Shown: piece after piece, positions 48,730 through 62,250 of the stretch
Numbering within the stretch: the stretch's first letter is position 1
Layout: the number at the start of each line of letters is the position of its first letter
From: Octopus sinensis
Lineage: Eukaryota
Assembly: GCF_006345805.1 (NCBI RefSeq)
Contig: NC_042999.1
Coordinates: 42,284,001-42,348,000, forward strand
Length of the DNA: 64,000 bases
Direction: 5' to 3'
The notes under the pieces: model-generated
Told to the model about the DNA's origin: nothing
The model's database searches: none
What the model saw: the letters and a program-made list of their open reading frames with translations, nothing else
Position numbers and translations under genes: made by a program

Positions 48730-50430
48730 ATCTTTAGTATTTTTTTAACAGGGCTGACGAGCGATTCACTGCTAGGACGAAAAGCATTACAGATAATCTG
48801 TCACTCTGAAATATTCCTGTTGATAGCTTAATTCTGCTAGCGACTGTCATCGTAGCATCAATTCTTAAAGATAGCTCTGTGGACCATGTTGCTTGCCAAC
48901 TTTTTAATGATATTGACTATAATGATTTGTACCTTAGCAAGGCAAAAATGACTCTATAATCTATGAATTAGGAACTGAGTCAAAACGCTTCTTATCGTCT
49001 AGCCATACAGTCAGCAGGTTTCGGCTGAGCCGTTTCGCTTCCTTAGGAACAGCTTTGTCGATAAGTTGTTCCGTATAGCTCCAGACACCTTTCTTTCCCC
49101 TTGCTTGCTCATCGTTCACCACACTGTGGGTTTGTGAGTTTCACAGTTATCCTGAAGGAACGCATTCAAGTAGGCTGCGTATAATTTACATACATCACAT
49201 TCAATCACACTATGGACCTGTAGTTTTTGTCTCATGCGTCTCCTGGTTTTTAACTATGAGGCTGGATATACAACTGAAAGCCAGTCTAGCAAAGAACTCA
49301 TAGCATTCATTGCTCTTTGAGTTTTGGTGGGGTTTTGTGTGGGGTTTTGTGATTTGTTTTTTTTTTTAAATAAGTTAACGAGCTTTCTTTACCAAATACC
49401 TATTTCTTTACTACCCACAAGGGGCTAAACACAGAGAGGACAAACAAGGTCAGACAAAGGGATTAAGTCGATTACATCGACCCCAGTGCGTAAATGGTAC
49501 TTAATTTATCGACCCCGAAAGGATGAAAGGCAAAGTTGACCTTGGCGGAATTTGAACTCAGAACGTAGCGGCAGACAAAATACGGCTACGCATTTCGCCC
49601 GGCGTGCTAACGTTTCTGCCAGCTCGCCGCCTTTCTTTACCAAATACCGACTATAAGATTCTTCTCTGGATAATTTTATAACAGTTGCCAGAAGAGTTTC
49701 ACTGTTGGTGTTACAAGCTTCCGGGGGGAGAGAGAGAGAGACGGTCGTACTACATTCATTTCGTGGCTCTTCTAACCACATAGCGTCATGCTTGTGCCTT
49801 TTATTCACATTCTATATCCTTCTTCAAAGTGATTCTAGATCATCCTGAAGAGAAGCTTTTACGGCCTAGATGGTTTGGCTTGGCTTTTCATACTGTGATA
49901 AACCGCTTGTGAATTTGAAATTTATTGCAAATCTGTGATTAACTGCTTCGCGTTCTTAAATAGTAGTTTGTTATTTTCTCTTTTTTTTTTCCGACAACGA
50001 AATTTTTCACTTACCTAGTTTTCCCGTTAGTCTCTTGTCGACAATTCTCATAGACCTTAGATAATCTATAATTAAGTCGCAGCTGGTGGCTAGTGAATTT
50101 ATTATTCAGTTTACACTTAATGATAGTGTCTAATGATAATGCCTAACTGTCGAATATTTATTTTTTTTCTGAGACTGTCGATATTTGTCTGGAGAGATGT
50201 AATCCATTTTGACCATTTCTTCTCATTACGATCGATTCTTGTTACTCTTGTCTAATGGGGTAATCGCACCACGGTATTACAGAGCATTGTTAATGTCCAA
50301 AAATTGGGATTTTCGATCTTTGCCACTTATACACTTATACCTTAGCTACTTGGTCTATTGCGGATAACATCAGGTTGGGTGGGTTTTCTTTCAATTCTTG
50401 AGATGATTATTCTTACTGCAGTTGTCAAGT
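48730..50430 (-). pseudogene. Old R4-clade retrotransposon fossil (pre-RT and RT region), interrupted by SINE-C
   Basis: ENPNFW..NAL.YRGAIT (homologous to 31700), WITSLQTNIDSLRK, KNYRSIV, EQLIDKAV..EAKRLSRNLLTVWLDDKKRFDSVP, GIFQSDRLS. Confidence 0.75.
49398..49634 (-). mobile_element. SINE-C monomer
   Basis: Full length; flanking direct repeat CTTTCTTTACCAAATACC (49383-49400, 49631-49648). Confidence 0.92.
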
Positions 50431-50467
50431 AATATAAAGAGTGAAGATTTGCTTGAATCTTGTCAAC

Positions 50468-50680
50468 TGCTCTTTTACTCTTTTACTTGTTTCAGGCATT
50501 TCACTGTAGCCATGCTGGAGCACCGCCTGTAGTCGAGCAAATCGACCCCAGGACTTATTCATTGTAAGCTTAGTACTTATTCTATCGGTCTCTTTTGCCG
50601 AACCGCTACGTTACGGGTACGTAAACACACCAGCATCGGTTATCAAGCGATGTTGGGGGGAACAAACACAGACGCAAAAC
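50468..50680 (-). mobile_element. SINE-A 3' module
   Basis: GCCATGCTGGAGCACCGCC...ACACCAGCATCGGTTATCAAGCGATG. Confidence 0.8.
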
Positions 50681-50940
50681 CATATACACACACACATACA
50701 TACATACATGCATGCATGCATACATACATACATGCATGCATACACACATACATACATACATACATACATACATACATACATACATACATACATACATGCA
50801 TACATACATACATACATGCATGCATGCATACATACATATATATATATAAATATATATATTGTAGGGACGTAAATACACCAACACTGGTTGTCAAACTGTG
50901 GTAGAGGACAAACACAAGCAGAAAAGCATACATACACTAT

Positions 50941-51450
50941 GAAGGCAGAGACCTGGCAGAATCGTTACCACGCCGGACGAAATGCTTAGCGGTATTTCGT
51001 CTGCCGCTACGTTCTGAGTTCAATTTCCACCGAGGTCGACTTTGCCTTTCATCCTTTCGGGGTTGATAAATTAAGTACCAGGACAGACAAAGGGATTAAG
51101 TCGATCACATCAACCCCAGTGCGTAACTGGTACTTAATTTATCGACCCCGAAAGGATGAAAGGCAAAGTCGACCTCGGTGGAATTTGAACTCAGAGCGTA
51201 ACGGCAAACAAAATACCTATTTCTTTACTACCCACAAGGGGCTAAACATAGAGGGGACAAACAAGGACAGACAAACGGATTAAGTCGATTATATCGACCC
51301 CAGTGCGTAACTGGTACTTATTCAATCGACTCCGAAAGGATGAAAGGCAAAGTCGACCTCGGCGGAATTTGAACTCAGAACGTAACGGCAGACGAAATAC
51401 CGCTAAACATTTTGCCCGGCGTGCTAACGATTCTGCCAGTTCGCCGCCTT
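50941..51450. mobile_element. SINE-C tail-to-tail inverted cluster (plus copy then minus dimer)
   Basis: 50991-51080 and 51128-51217 are reverse complements with 6 mismatches in 90 nt. Confidence 0.9.
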
Positions 51451-52710
51451 CATTTATTTATATATTAGGAGAAACGTGTCAAGGAACGTAAAATAGAGTT
51501 AAGAGCAAGACAATCCCATTTTTCCGCATATGTATTGATTTTTTTCTTGATGTTGTTATTGTTCTTTCATTCCTATTACTAATGACAAAAGAAAAACCAA
51601 GAACATCAAACAATTACTATATCTCTTTCTCCTCCTACGCTCACTATAAGGTCTCGGTAATTATATCAGATAGGAACATGCCTATGTTAACGATATATAC
51701 ATATATGTACCGTTATATATGTATGAACATATGGGCATACATACATACGTGTGTGCGTGTGGAGGAGGGGCGCCTGTATGTGCGTGTGCGTATGTATGTG
51801 TGTGTGTGCCCATATATACATATATATATAGATATATATAGATATGCACGTACGTATGTGTTTATATATGTGTATTAAATAGGAATATGCATATGTAAAC
51901 AATATATGTGTGTGTCTGTGTCTGTGTGTATATGTATGTATGTGTGTGTGTTTGTATGTATGTATGTATGTATGTATGTATGTATGTATGTATGTATGTA
52001 TGTATGTATGTATGTGTATGTATATACGTATGTACGTACGATTGCATATTTGTATGTACGTACATATATGTATGTATGCATGCATGTATCTGCGATGTAT
52101 CGATGTGTAGGTTGTTTTAAGAACGTGCTAGATTTTCATAACTAATTGCCGTATAACGATGAATACAGTGTAGTCGCTGAGCAAATCGTGCCGACTGGCC
52201 GAAGCTTTTCACTCTCAACGTCCTAAAACTGGCGTCGTCTTGGCTCAGTTTAACAAGCTGTGAATAGTTAACAAAGCGAGACACAGCTCTAAGTAATGAG
52301 GACATCGAACAAGAAGCGAAACTTTTTCAGATATCTAGCAGTAATTAGCTGAAATAATTTTGAAATGCTCTACAGAGTATAAACTAATAAGACGCTTGTA
52401 TCATTATTATTCCGTCCAAAAGAGCATTGGACAGAACGCTTTGCGAGCATTCAGTTACGTTTCTTTACATTCTGAAATCAAATCCCGACGGAGTCAGCTA
52501 TGTCTTTCAGTCTTTCGCGGTTCGATAAAATAACGTGCCAGCTGAGAAGTGGTGTTGATTTAACATACGAGCTCTCTTCACCCCCATTTTATACAAGACT
52601 CGTCCAAAACTTTGCCCTCAAAATTTTCTTACCTGATTAGGTATCATTGATTGAAACTCTTTTCCACTACATATGCCGAAAGAGACACTGAAGCTGTAAG
52701 TGGATATGCA

Positions 52711-52943
52711 GAAGGCGGCGAGCTGGCAGAAAGGTTAGCACGCCGGGCGAAATGCGTAGCCGTATTTCGTCTGCCGTTATGTTCTCAGTTCAAATTCCGC
52801 CGAGGTCGACTTTGCCTTTCATCCTTTCGGGGTCGATAAATTAAGTACCAGTTACGCACTGGGGTCGATGCAGTCGACTTAATCCGTTTGTCTGTCCTTG
52901 TTTGTCCCCTCTGTGTTTAGCCCCTTGTGGGTAGTAAAGAAAT
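52711..52943 (+). mobile_element. SINE-C monomer
   Basis: Full length; 14-bp TSD TAAGTGGATATGCA (52697-52710, 52947-52960). Confidence 0.93.
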
Positions 52944-53164
52944 ATATAAGTGGATATGCATGTGTGTGTGTGTGTGTTTACTTTCTAGTTTGTCCAGTTA
53001 AAGCTTGTGATTTCGATATCAGAGAAATACCATGTCACTTTTATGTAATAGCTATGGCAGTCGCTTGGTATGCAACGTTCGATATACGTAGGCGATTGGG
53101 TCTGTCCTTTTACCCGTCAAATAGTAGTATCTTACAATATATATTGTTTGTTCCTTCTCGGGCC

Positions 53165-53440
53165 ACGCCTGGATCATAAGGGTCGGTTTCCCAGTTTCCT
53201 TGGCGTATAAGTTCTCCACCTGGACGGGACGCCGGTCCGTCGAAGGTGAGCTGCAAGATGCAGGAGGAAAGAGTGAGAGAAAATTGTGGCGAAAGACTCA
53301 GCAGAAATTCGCTATTACCTTCTGCCGGAGCCGCGTACAGTTTAGGTGTTTCATTCATAAAAACACATATCGCCCGGTCTGATATTCGTACCCGCGATCT
53401 CTCGACCGCGAGTCCGCTGCTCTAGGCCATGTGCCTCCAC
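53165..53440 (-). mobile_element. SINE-D1 with tail-2 variant
   Basis: Head GGAGGCACATGGCC..GCAGCGGACTCGCGG and tail GACGGACCGGCGTCCCGTCCAGG. Confidence 0.8.
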
Positions 53441-53441
53441 T

Positions 53442-53484
<43 letters not shown>

Positions 53485-53752
53485 AACTATTATTTATTAC
53501 TATTGACACTTCTAAAATACTTTGCATGTGTGTGTGTGTGTGTGTGTGTGAAAGAGAGAGACAGACAGACAGAGAGAGAGAGTGGTGTGGATAGAATGTG
53601 AAAATTTAACTAAGAAGCACCTTCGCTTCTCTTTTGCAAGGCAGATAACACAGAATAGTTCCAGGTAATTCAGCTGGTCAATTCAAGCAGTGGTAGTGGA
53701 TTTTAAGAATAATCAAACCCAAAGATACACACACTCACACACACACACATAT

Positions 53753-53925
53753 ACACGATGGGCTTCCACACAGTTTCCGACTACCAAATTCACTCACAAG
53801 ACATTAATTCGGCCCGGAGCTGTAGTGGACGAATCTTACACAAAGTGTTGTGCTGTGGAACTGAACCTGAAACTACGAGGTTACAAAGCTAGCCTCTTAA
53901 TCACACAGCTATGCTTGCGCCTATG
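53753..53925 (-). mobile_element. SINE-A 5' module, degenerate
   Basis: CGATGGGCTTC..CAGTTTCCGACTACCAAATTCACTCACAAG. Confidence 0.7.
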
Positions 53926-54025
53926 AAAATTTCATCCACAATACGTTGAAGACACATACCCATGATGCTTCACAGTACGATTGATCTCGACTTCAAGTAG
54001 TTGCGAATCAATCTTCTTATTCACG

Positions 54026-54615
54026 AAGGCGGCGAGCTGGCAGAAACGTTAGCACGCCGGGCGAAATGCGTAGCCGTATTTCGTCTGCCGTTACGTTCTG
54101 AGTTCAAATTCCGCCGAAGTCGACTTTGCCTTTCATCCTTTCGGGGTCGATAAATTAAGTACCAGTTACGCACTGGGATCAATATAATCGACTTAATCCG
54201 TTTGTCTGTCCTTGTTTGTCCTCTCTGTGTTTAGCCCCTTGTGGGTAGTAAAGAAATAGGTATTTCGCTGCCGTTATGTTATGAGTTCAAATTCGCCGAG
54301 GTCGACTTTGCCTTTCATCCTTTTGGGGTCGATTAAATAAGTACCAGTTACGCACTGAGGTCGATATAATCGACTTAATCCCCTTTATGTTTAGCCCCTT
54401 GTGGGCAATAAAGAAATATGAAACGTTAGCACGCTGGACGAAATGCTTAGCAGTATTTCGTCTGCCGTTACTTTCTGAGTTCAAATTCCACCGAGGTCGA
54501 CTTTGCCTTTCATCCTTTTGGGGTCGATAAATTAAGTACCAGTTGCGTACTGGAGTCGATCTAATCGACAGGCCTCTCCCCCGAAATTTCGGGCTTTGTG
54601 CCTAGAGTAGAAAAG
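54026..54615 (+). mobile_element. SINE-C trimer
   Basis: Three monomers; one 16-bp TSD with 1 mismatch, AATCTTCTTA(T/A)TCACG (54010-54025, 54616-54631). Confidence 0.92.
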
Positions 54616-55224
54616 AATCTTCTTAATCACGTAACCATGCTTGCGTGTCCATAATAAGAGCAAATGTTATGGGGAAACTTTTGTACCTGAAATACTAGAA
54701 ACTTGATTCTTAAACCGCCCAAAGGATTAATGCGCTTTCACAGACACATCCAGGCTCTCCAAATGTTTTTTTTTCCCCAACTAATTAATCCCACCGTTCA
54801 GTAGCAAATATATAAACCCACTGTGATACACCGTAATAAAATTCTGTAGAGAGATACCACCAAAAAAGACATAATTATTACCAAACTTTCCATCAATGAC
54901 TATGTCGTCTATTTGTAGGACTACATTACACTGCATAATTATTATCCTTTTAGACAAGGCGATTTATTCAGTGAGAGATTTGACAGCTATTTCTAGCAGA
55001 TGAAACGACCTTGTACAGGCTCCATCATCGCCTTGTTCTGAGGATTCTTGTTTTGTTTTTGCTTCTTTTTTTCTTTTTTAATTTCAACAGTTTTATTTAT
55101 GGTAGAACATGTCTTCGTACTGAATTACTTTGTTTCCTTTTACAGTTGCGGCTGCTATTGCTGCGGACGCTTTAGTTGTCTTTCTCAGTTGTCATTTGCT
55201 AAACGAAGACATGCAGTGTGTGTG

Positions 55225-55265
<41 letters not shown>

Positions 55266-55450
55266 ACTTTCACATATTCAAATGTACACATGGAAACAAA
55301 TATTTACACACCTAAGTGTGTAAATTGAAACCAAACAGAAACTTCGGTTTGTATATTGGATTTAAGTGATTTTAATACGTTCAGAAAGGGGGAAAACGTG
55401 TTTGCGATTGAGGGATGGACGAAACAGGAATCTAAATTCGGAAAGAAGGT

Positions 55451-55560
<110 letters not shown>

Positions 55561-55808
55561 CAAGAACAGACAGGTTCTGGAAACAGCTAGAGTGAGAGAG
55601 AGGGTGGGAGAAATGCGAGAAGGAGTGAGAAAGGAGGGAGGGAGGGGGAGATAGCAAGAAACGGAAGAATGGAATACAAATTTGAACAAGATCAAACGCA
55701 GATTGGAACATTTATCTATCTATTTATCCATCTATCTATCTACCTACCTATATATCTATCCATCCATCCATTCATCCATCTATCTATCTATCCTTAAAGC
55801 ATATACAT

Positions 55809-55869
<61 letters not shown>

Positions 55870-56142
55870 TTGACATATATATATATATATACACATTGAC
55901 ATATATATATGCATACACATATATACACAAATACGTAATATGGATGGATGCATGCGCGCGCGGATGTGTGCGTGTATGCGTCTGTATGCGTGTATGTATG
56001 TATATGTTTGTGCTAGTATTAACGGTTAAGACGTTTATAGAAAGTATGTTACACATAAGCACCAATTTTAGGCAGCAAGAAAGCAACAGGTTTCCTATGT
56101 GAAATTGATTATAACCTCAAATAAATGTATATATATATATAT

Positions 56143-56425
56143 ATCACGTGACCGACCAGACCATCAGATGTTGTTATACATCGCTGGTCACAATGCGTTC
56201 GCATTGTTTTCGCCTTCGAATGACGCCACCCTGCTGGCTAAGCGAGCAGGCCAACAGAAGAAAGAGTGGGAGAAGGAGTGGTGAAAGAGTACAGCAGGGA
56301 TCAACACCCCCTGCCGGAGCCTCGTGGAACTTTTATGTGTTTTAGCTCAATAAACACTCACAACGCCCGGTCTGGGAATCGAAACCGTGATCCTACGACC
56401 GCGAGTCCGCTGCCCTAATCACTGC
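56143..56425 (-). mobile_element. SINE-D1 with tail 3
   Basis: D1 head-body plus tail ...GACCAGCGATGT..CAACATCTGATGGTCTGGTCGGTCACGTGAT; (TA)n on both sides; second copy at 59684-59987. Confidence 0.85.
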
Positions 56426-56434
56426 CCTAATCCA

Positions 56435-56498
<64 letters not shown>

Positions 56499-56500
56499 TG

Positions 56501-56537
<37 letters not shown>

Positions 56538-57520
56538 GTGTGTATGTATGTATATATATATATACATACATACATGTATGTATGGATGTATATATATATA
56601 TGGAAAAATGTCAAGGTAGAAAATACTAAAATAATTTTATAAAAAACATTTCAGTACCTGTTCCAGTCATTGAGACTTTTTCACCTGTAAGTATGGAAAA
56701 CACTTAAATTTGGGAAAATTTAAAGAAAAGTTTTTTAAAAGAATATTTGCATAGTATTCAAATACAAGTGGCATTTTCCTTGTTTCTGCTTGTCTCTGTC
56801 TCTCTTGTTTACTCTTGTGGGTTCGAGGTCGTTGTGAATTCTTGGCAATGAATAAGGAGGAAGAGAAGAAGAAGAAGAAGAAGCAAGAAGAAAAAGAAGA
56901 AGAAGAGGAGGAGGAGGAGGAGGGGAGGAGGAGGAGGAGGAGGAGGTGGAGTAGAAGAATGCGGGAGTGTCATGATGTAGTAGGATGTTAAATGGTCAAG
57001 TGCCCTGAAAGTGACTTGTTGTGGATGGTAGTAGTGATTGAATTTTTGAGAGATCTCTATTAAATGTATTGTTTATAAAATTTGCGTATGTGTTATTCTA
57101 AACAGCAATAGTGGTAAAGTTACATATAGTGGTGTCGGTGATGGTGGTGGACTCTCTCGTCGTTTCGACGAATGTAAGTTGAACAATAAAAAGACAGAAA
57201 GTCCTTGTCCCTATCTCCACTGGACTTATGAAGGAAGTCTAATGAGCTGGCACCGTTGTTTTGGTTTGTTGAATAACCTGCGCGATTAATATTGTTATTA
57301 TAATGAATATGATTCCACACTCTTGTCCTTAAAACTTCTATTAGACCAGTAGTTATCAGGATGCAGGAGTTGCATGAAATTTCCTTCTCTTATATGGCCA
57401 GCTAAACAGTTGAAATGCTTCATACATACCAACAATTTCAATGAAAGAGCCTTGGATCTAGGTTAGAAAGCGGCTCTTTCTCTATTGGCAAAAAATCTTG
57501 AAAACAAAACTGAATAGTAG

Positions 57521-57588
<68 letters not shown>

Positions 57589-57617
57589 TGTATGTATGTA
57601 TGTATATTATATATATA

Positions 57618-57654
<37 letters not shown>

Positions 57655-57728
57655 AATGTGACCGCGTGTGTACCGTTGGCGATTTTTTTTCCTCTGTCTT
57701 CCCTTCTCTGGATCTTTCCTTCTCCTAT

Positions 57729-57763
57729 GTTTCCGACGAAGAGCTCCGCTCGAAACGTTAAAC
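57729..57763 (+). ncRNA. Minimal hammerhead-like motif (core CCGACGA) in Penelope-type repeat 57655-57860
   Basis: GTTT-CCGACGA-A-GAGC(TCC)GCTC-GAAA-CG-TT-AAAC. Confidence 0.55.
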
Positions 57764-58089
57764 CCTCCTTCTTTCCTGAGCGTCCAATAATACTATATTT
57801 ATTCCACGTCCTCGCGTTGTTGTGTTTTCTCTTTGTGTTTTCTTGTTTGGATTAACTATATATATATATATATAAATATATATATATATATGTGTGTGTG
57901 TCTTCAGTCATACTTTTTCAGGCCATCTTTTCCAGTTACGCTAACGATACGAATGTATCATTCGCAAAACAAAAAAGAAAAGAAATATGGTAGAACTCCC
58001 TTTAACAAGAACGGGAGCGATCATTTCATCTTTCTAACGATTATAGGCATTGCTTTCTACTTCAGAGAAGCCTTTTTTTTAGGCGCTGG

Positions 58090-58416
58090 TGTGTGTGTGT
58101 GTGTGTGTAAAGATGCTTGTTTTGCAACCGCATGATTTCGGGTTCGATCCCGTTGCGTGGCACCTTAAGCAACTGACTTCTCCTATATCTTCTAGTCGAC
58201 AATGCTTTGTGAAAAAGTTTGGTAGACTGAAATTGCGTGGAATCCTGTGGTGGCAACCCCTGTTGTACTCTTTCGCCGCATCTTTCTCTCACTCTCTCTT
58301 CTTGTTTTTTGTGTAACGCTGCGATGGACTGGCGTCCCTTCCAGCTGAAGGGGAACACAAACGCCACAGAAACCGGGAAACCGGGCCCATGAGCCTGGCT
58401 AGGCTTGAAAAGGGGC
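58090..58416 (+). mobile_element. Degenerate SINE-A head followed by SINE-D1 body with tail 2
   Basis: 58246-58416 matches 22030-22203. Confidence 0.75.
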
Positions 58417-59367
58417 GACGTTTTTACGTTTTATCTGGAGTAACAGGCATTTTGATCACAGTGAAAATATTGAGAATGGAGGTAAATGAGCACTCTTTAC
58501 ACAACAATATGTGATGTACAATCTTATACGTGCTTAAATTACCATACATTTGGTTTCAGCTGTATTTTTTTTTCTCCTATAACAATTATGCTGCATGCTT
58601 ATATACTAGTATGGCGACTTTTTACTGCTACCGTTAAGCGTGTTAAGCTCTTCATTACTGTTCCTTTACGCAGAACATTGACTCTGGATTCGATGTGATA
58701 TAGTTATTATTAGCATTATTAAATCGTTTGGACACTAAAGCATCTCTCCGTGTCGTTTCTGTTTGCATTACAACCATCAGCGCTAAACGTTCGTTGCATA
58801 TTCTAATCTTGACCAATAAATCCATCTGTATTAAGTTTTTCACTCAGCCACAAATATCTACAAGACAATAAACACATGTTTTATTAGTAGAGATACAACG
58901 ACTTCATTCTGTTTTTTTTTTCTTTTTTCACCAATCTGAAGCAAGCATATAGTTTCATAGCAAATTACTAGTTACAAGAAGCGTAAGAGAAAATGGAATT
59001 ATTCTTTGTAGGATAAAACCCAGATTAGATAACGCGAGATCACGTTAGGTAATAACATCGTTTTACGTAACAAAATAGTAATCGAATCTATACCTTATAT
59101 TGAATCTTAGTTAATCAATTCTTGATCAAACGGATAATATACGTTCATTCTTAATTCATGACTGTTTGAGAGATATAGGAATGACAGACCGTTTCAGTAA
59201 TGTTTCTCTTGTTTCAGTTTAGTGGTGGAATCATTAAATGTAAAAACGTCTGAATGTTTTAATTATATGAATAACCGGGTTAAGATACACATTCACATAT
59301 GCGATACATATGTGGGTGCATGTGTGTGCGTGTGTGGTTGTGTGTGTGTGTACGGACGTATGTATAC

Positions 59368-59451
<84 letters not shown>

Positions 59452-59607
59452 AATGAAACAAAATATGGAACAAGAATGTAACAGGCAACAACAAAGCATT
59501 CGGTCAGTCGGATGATACAAAAAAGGAAAGGAAAAAAAAACAAGGACGGGTAATTCGGAGCTTTCAATCTTCAGTCGAGTACCAAATCCTCTTTGCAGTT
59601 TCGGCCG

Positions 59608-59673
<66 letters not shown>

Positions 59674-59683
59674 ATGTATGTAT

Positions 59684-59987
59684 ATCACGTGACCGACCAG
59701 GCTAACAGATGTCGCTACACATCGCTGGTCACAATGCGCTTCGCACGCATTGTTTTAGCCTTCAAATGACGCTACCCCCTGGCTAAGTAAGCAGGCCAAC
59801 AGAAAAAAAAGTGAGAGAAAGTTGTGGCGAAAAGGTACAGCAGGGATTGCCACCACCCCCTGCCGGAGCCTCGTGGAGCTTTAAGTGTTTTCACTCAATA
59901 TACACTCACAACGCCCGGTCTGGGAATAAAAACCGCGATCCTACGACCACGAGTCAGCTGCCCTAACCACTGGACCATTGCACCTCC
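59684..59987 (-). mobile_element. SINE-D1 with tail 3
   Basis: Homologous to 56143-56425. Confidence 0.85.
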
Positions 59988-60042
59988 ACACACACACACA
60001 CACACACACATACTTATATATTATATATATATATAAATGCGC

Positions 60043-60336
60043 GAAGGCGTGTGGCTTTGTGGCTAAGGTATTCGGCTCACGATCATAAGGTCGTGGGTTC
60101 AATTCCCGGCGACGCGTTGTGTCCTTGAGCAAGACGCTTAAATTTATGTTGCTCCAGTCCACTTAGCTGACAAAATTGAGTAGTACCTATATTTCAAAGG
60201 GCCAGCGTTGTCACACTTTGTATCACGCTGAATCTTGTGTCTGTGGAGTGCTCCGCCACATGCACGTCAATCTCACGTGCAGGCCTGTTCCGTTGACCAT
60301 ATCAACTATCTCCTCGTTGTCGTAACCGACGGAGTG

Positions 60337-60339
<3 letters not shown>
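60043..60339 (+). mobile_element. SINE-D2 with tail 1
   Basis: Homologous to 34620-34935. Confidence 0.85.
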
Positions 60340-60404
<65 letters not shown>

Positions 60405-60405
<1 letters not shown>

Positions 60406-60740
60406 AAGGCGCATGACTCAGTGGTTAGAGCGTCGAGCTTACGATCGTGAGGTTGTGAGCTCGAATCCCGGACCGGGCTGCGTGTTATGTTCTTGAGCAA
60501 GACACTTTATTTCACGTTGCTCTAGTTCACTCAGCTGTAGAAATGAGTTGTGACGCCACAGGTGCCAAGCTGTATCGGCCCTTGCCTTTCCCTTGGACAA
60601 CATCGGTGACGTGGAGAGGGGAGGCCGGTAAGCATGGGCGACTGCTGGTCTTCCATAAGCAACCTTGCCCGGACTTGTGCCTTGGAGGGTAACTTTCTTG
60701 GTGCAATCCCATGGTCTGTGTCATGACCGAAGGGGGTCTC
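60405..60740 (+). mobile_element. SINE-D2-type head and body with tail 4
   Basis: tRNA-like head, TGTTCTTGAGCAAGACAC..CACTCAGCTG body, then a tail ending TCATGACCGAAGGGGGTC not seen elsewhere in the window. Confidence 0.75.
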
Positions 60741-61143
60741 AGAATGAATATATATATATATATATATACGTACGTACACCACACACACACATGCATATAT
60801 GTATAGGTTTATAAATATAATGAGCGTGCGTGTATGTATACATATATGTTTGTATAAGTGTATATGAATATGTGTCGAGGGCTCATGGTTTAGTGATTAG
60901 GATGTTGCACTCACGATCGCCACATCATATTTTCCAATCCTGGGCCGGGTTGTACGTTGTGTGTTTGAGCAAAACATTTTATCTCACGTTGATCTTCGAT
61001 AGCTGGCGTGGGATATATGTTCAGGCAAAGTCGATTCCATCTCTATAAACAAATCATTTGTACAGTTTTTCAGTAAGGAATTTAGAACCATCTTCCTCGG
61101 ACTACGTGGGACTTCTGTCATATGTATGCATGTGTGTGTGCGC

Positions 61144-61212
<69 letters not shown>

Positions 61213-61450
61213 CACAGAGCGGGTATCCATAAGTCTGAGAAAGAAGTAATTTTTAAGTTTCAGAAATTCTGAAAAATATTTGATATAATAAACTTCTTTT
61301 TACAGATATATTCTGTCATATATAGGGCTACATGTATTACGAAGCTACATGTATTATAAATTGCGGCATGATTTTACGGACACCCTGCATATAAATATAT
61401 ATATATACAAATATATGCGTGTGGTGTGTGTGTGTGTGTGTGTGTATGCA

Positions 61451-62250
61451 CAGGTTGCGATGGATAAATTGTCGCCATTTAATTTCGTGCCTGCGCATTG
61501 TTTGTTTTTGATTTTGTCGACTATACAGTATAGTAGGGTCAGCTGGGCACTGTCTGTAATAAAAAAAAAAACAGCACCATGACGAAATTCACTCTGCTAG
61601 AAATTTAGAAACGACATGGTGTACTGCTTGTCGTTCGCAGCGGAATCCCCAATACGAACACTTCAGAGTGTTTGGGTGCCAATCTGAGGACATGCACCGA
61701 GAGTGATGAAAATCAAACATACAGTCAACATCAAGGTGTTTGGAGTGATTACCAGTGATGGCGTCGTTATACCTCCTTTCATCTTCCAGCACGACCTTAC
61801 ACTCAACACGGAGGCCTGCATCAAGTGCTTGGCGGAGGTAGTGCTGCTCTGGATGAAGAGGGTGGCTGCTGGAAGGCCTTATATCTGGCAACAGAACTCT
61901 ACACCATGCCACACTAGCAAGAGAACTCAGTCATGGCTATCAGGCAATTTCTGCGACCACATCACTCCTAACATCTGTCCACCTGCACGCCCCTTGATTT
62001 TTATGTGTGGAGAACAGTTGAGTGAGAGAACAACAAAACTCCTTGTAACACTGAAAGATGAATTGAAGGCAAGGATTATGGCAGCATTCATCAACTTAAA
62101 CAAGGAGACCGTCCAGAAAAGTTGCAGGGGATTCCGAAGTCGTCTGGAGGCCGTGGTTGAAACCAATGGCAATTATATTCAATAAATTTACTCTTGTATT
62201 TCAAGATATTTTAATGTAATTTTGATAAATATATCTGTTTAAATGCGTTG
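61451..62250 (+). mobile_element. Internally deleted maT (DD37D-type) transposon
   Basis: 5' TIR CAGGTTGCGATGGATAAATTGTCGCC resembles the TIR at 3260; ORF 61703-62185 (VFGVITSDG..PPFIF, WQQNSTPCH, CRGFRSRLEAVV) is homologous to 3406-3846. Confidence 0.85.

Noticed and set aside
55146-55214. Plus-strand segment after a strong acceptor (AAAIAADALVVFLS or CGCYCCGRFSC)
   Set aside because: Donor falls in a (TG)n tract; frame ambiguous; no supporting exons.
56650-59610. Two further hammerhead-like traces on the minus strand (~56655-56690 and ~59545-59585)
   Set aside because: Cores and stems are too degenerate to fold without assuming several reversions.
61215-61390. Possible mariner-type MITE (GGGTATCCATAA ... 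TTACGGACACCC)
   Set aside because: Inverted ends match over only ~12 nt with mismatches, and the left end lacks a clear TA.
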